Below are positions 31,243-33,242 of a DNA stretch of 33,242 nt, one piece after another. Position 1 is the stretch's first letter. The number at the start of each line of letters is the position of its first letter. Below the pieces are notes generated by a model. That model saw nothing but the letters and a program-made list of their open reading frames with translations, was not told the DNA's origin and searched no databases. A program made the position numbers and the translations under genes. This stretch comes from Nitrosopumilus sp. Nsub (lineage in GTDB: Archaea; Thermoproteota; Nitrososphaeria; Nitrososphaerales; Nitrosopumilaceae): NCBI RefSeq assembly GCF_001541925.1, contig NZ_LQMW01000022.1, positions 1 through 33,242 on the forward strand. Direction: 5' to 3'.

Positions 31243-33242
31243 TTATTCTTTATCTATAAATTCATTAACTCCAGGTGGCTCAGGAGCTAATCCTTTTCTT
31301 TTTCTAATATCAGCTACAGCAGAAGACAACATAGATTTTGGAACTTCAGTCCATTCTTTAAAGGAAGTATTCCAAGTTGCACGACCAGCAGTTTGACCTC
31401 TCATTGCTTCAGATAAAGTAAAAGTTTCAGATGCAGGTAATTCACCTACAACAATACTTGATGCACCTTTTTGTTGCATATCAAGAACTTTACCACGTTT
31501 ACCAGAAAGAATTGTTGCAACATTACCAACAAGATCAGTTGGTACACGAACTTCAATTGCAAGTGTTGGTTCTAAAACAGCAGTACCTGCAGTAAGTAAT
31601 GCACCCATACAAGCTCTTCTGGAAGCAGGACCAAGTTGAGATAATCCTCTGTGAGCAGTATCTTCATGAGGTACAAAGTGTGTAAAGATGAATTTACAAT
31701 CTCTCATTTGTTCTTTACAAAGGGGACCTTCACGCATTACTTCATCAAATCCGGAATTTATAGAATCAGTAGATTCTTGAACAAATTGAACACCTTTTGT
31801 TCCATTAATCAAAACATTTCCACGAGAATCAAATTTCATTACTCTCTTAATTGTATCAGTATCCCATCCTGCACCCTTTAGCAAATCAGCAACAACTTTT
31901 TTGTCTTTCATATCGCTGATTTCTCCAGTTCGTAACATGTGAGCAATTTCAGGTTCCAATGGCTCAACTTTCATGAAAATTTTATTGTGTCTATTTGGCG
32001 ATTTAGACATGATTGGTTCACATCCAGCTTTAACAGTTTCTCTATAGTTAATCAAAGGTTCAGATGTAATGATTTCACATTTTGCGTCTTGAATTCTGTG
32101 AGTTGCAACATCTAAGTGTAAAACACCCATTCCTGCAACAATTGTTTCACCACTCTCTTCATCGATTTTTACAACTAAGTTAGGATCCTCAATAGTAAGT
32201 TGTCTTAAAATTTCAACAAGTTTTGGTAAATCTTTAGGATGTTTTGGTTCAATTGCAATTTGAACAACAGGTTCTGAAACGTATTTTACACCTTCAAACA
32301 TTGGAATGTCTTTTACAGTAGACAAAGTGTTTCCTGCACGACATTCAGTTAAACCTAACAATGCGGGAATATTACCAGCACCCAATTCACCAACTTGTTC
32401 TCTTTGATTACCCATAAAGAAATTAACAGACTGTACACGTCCGTCTCTTTTCTCATCAAGGATATGTAATGTTTGACCATCCTTTATAGTTCCAGAAAAC
32501 AATCTTCCAATTGCAACAGGACCAGCTGCAGGATCCAAAACCATATTTACAACCATCATAATTGTTGGCCCATCATCTTCACCAGCAAGCAAAGCCTTTC
32601 CAACATCAGAATCTAAATCACCTTTCCAAATTTGTGGAATTCTATACTTGATTGCATCTTGTGGTGCAGGATGGTGTTTTACAACCATTCCAAGAACAGC
32701 ATCAGCTAATGGTGCTTTTTCAACTAGATCTGGAAGTTTTTCTGCAGTGTATGCATCTATTACATCTTTAAAAGTAATTCCACGTTCTTTCATTAAATCA
32801 GTGTTAATTGCCCATCTATCTTTTGCAGAACCAAATGTAACACTTGCATCTTGAATAGATACTTTCCATTTTTCTTTGTATTCTGGTTCAGCATATGTTT
32901 CAACTAATTGATTGAAAGTTGAAACAACTTCAGCTAATTGTGCTTGCATTTTTTCAGGGGTTAATCTTAGTTCTTTGATCAATCTATCAACTTTATTGAT
33001 AAACAAAACAGGTCTTACTCTTTCTTCAAGTGCCATTCTGGTTACAGTTTCAGTTTGGGTCATGATACCTTCTACAGCATCACATACTACTACAGCACCA
33101 TCAATTGCTCTAAGACTTCGAATTACTCTACCACTGAAATCAACGTGGCCAGGAGTATCAATCATGTTAATGACATAATCATTGTCATTTTGAGAATAAA
33201 GTAAAGTAACGTTAGCTTGGTAAATTGTAATTCCTCTTTCTT
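31243..33242 (-). CDS. fusA: Translation elongation factor aEF-2 (5' end beyond the window)
   Basis: ...ERGITIYQANV...MIDTPGHVDFSG...NKVDRL... plus the diphthamide-region HEDTAHRG. The frame is open from 33165 to the window edge. Stop TAA at 31243. Confidence 0.95.
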   Translation of the reverse strand, partial: ERGITIYQANVTLLYSQNDNDYVINMIDTPGHVDFSGRVIRSLRAIDGAVVVCDAVEGIMTQTETVTRMALEERVRPVLFINKVDRLIKELRLTPEKMQAQLAEVVSTFNQLVETYAEPEYKEKWKVSIQDASVTFGSAKDRWAINTDLMKERGITFKDVIDAYTAEKLPDLVEKAPLADAVLGMVVKHHPAPQDAIKYRIPQIWKGDLDSDVGKALLAGEDDGPTIMMVVNMVLDPAAGPVAIGRLFSGTIKDGQTLHILDEKRDGRVQSVNFFMGNQREQVGELGAGNIPALLGLTECRAGNTLSTVKDIPMFEGVKYVSEPVVQIAIEPKHPKDLPKLVEILRQLTIEDPNLVVKIDEESGETIVAGMGVLHLDVATHRIQDAKCEIITSEPLINYRETVKAGCEPIMSKSPNRHNKIFMKVEPLEPEIAHMLRTGEISDMKDKKVVADLLKGAGWDTDTIKRVMKFDSRGNVLINGTKGVQFVQESTDSINSGFDEVMREGPLCKEQMRDCKFIFTHFVPHEDTAHRGLSQLGPASRRACMGALLTAGTAVLEPTLAIEVRVPTDLVGNVATILSGKRGKVLDMQQKGASSIVVGELPASETFTLSEAMRGQTAGRATWNTSFKEWTEVPKSMLSSAVADIRKRKGLAPEPPGVNEFIDKE

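Noticed and set aside
31651-33178. Plus-strand ORFs inside aEF-2 (31651..31881, 32648..32854, 32912..33178)
   Set aside because: They are antisense to a highly conserved gene and are shadow ORFs.

Overview
This 33.2-kb window is AT-rich (about one-third G+C by eye) and densely coding. I infer it is an archaeal chromosome segment from a marine ammonia-oxidising thaumarchaeon (Nitrosopumilus-like). That inference rests on archaea-specific genes (PurP, aEF-2), split PurS/PurQ/PurL subunits and the general protein style; no marker rRNA is present. Recognisable core genes are purF-purL-purQ, a CBS protein, purS, tatC-tatA, ubiX, an SRPBCC protein, a PQQ-type sugar dehydrogenase, purP, a DUF151 nuclease, a CBS-fused TrkH-type K+ transporter, and aEF-2, which runs off the right edge. 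Accessory content: a duplicated cassette (secreted protein plus small membrane protein) split by a truncated IS5-family transposase remnant; a decayed methyltransferase locus; an ~840-aa surface protein with an FN3 domain and about 30 hexapeptide repeats; and a 25.7-31.2 kb stretch of small lineage-specific ORFs rich in winged-helix proteins. The strongest anomalies are as follows. (1) The leftmost ~0.85 kb is compositionally different and encodes, on the minus strand, two exons joined in phase by a canonical GT-AG intron (Kazal-like motif plus a GPI/TM-like tail). This is a eukaryote-type gene fragment abutting archaeal DNA, so either a chimeric contig or a real junction. (2) The DEDHP/WNH secreted-domain paralogs with downstream membrane ORFs. 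(3) A candidate C/D-box sRNA and a GC-rich structured RNA-like element in otherwise AT-rich spacers. No CRISPR array, tRNA or rRNA was found. All functional calls come from motif recognition by eye; no database search was possible.
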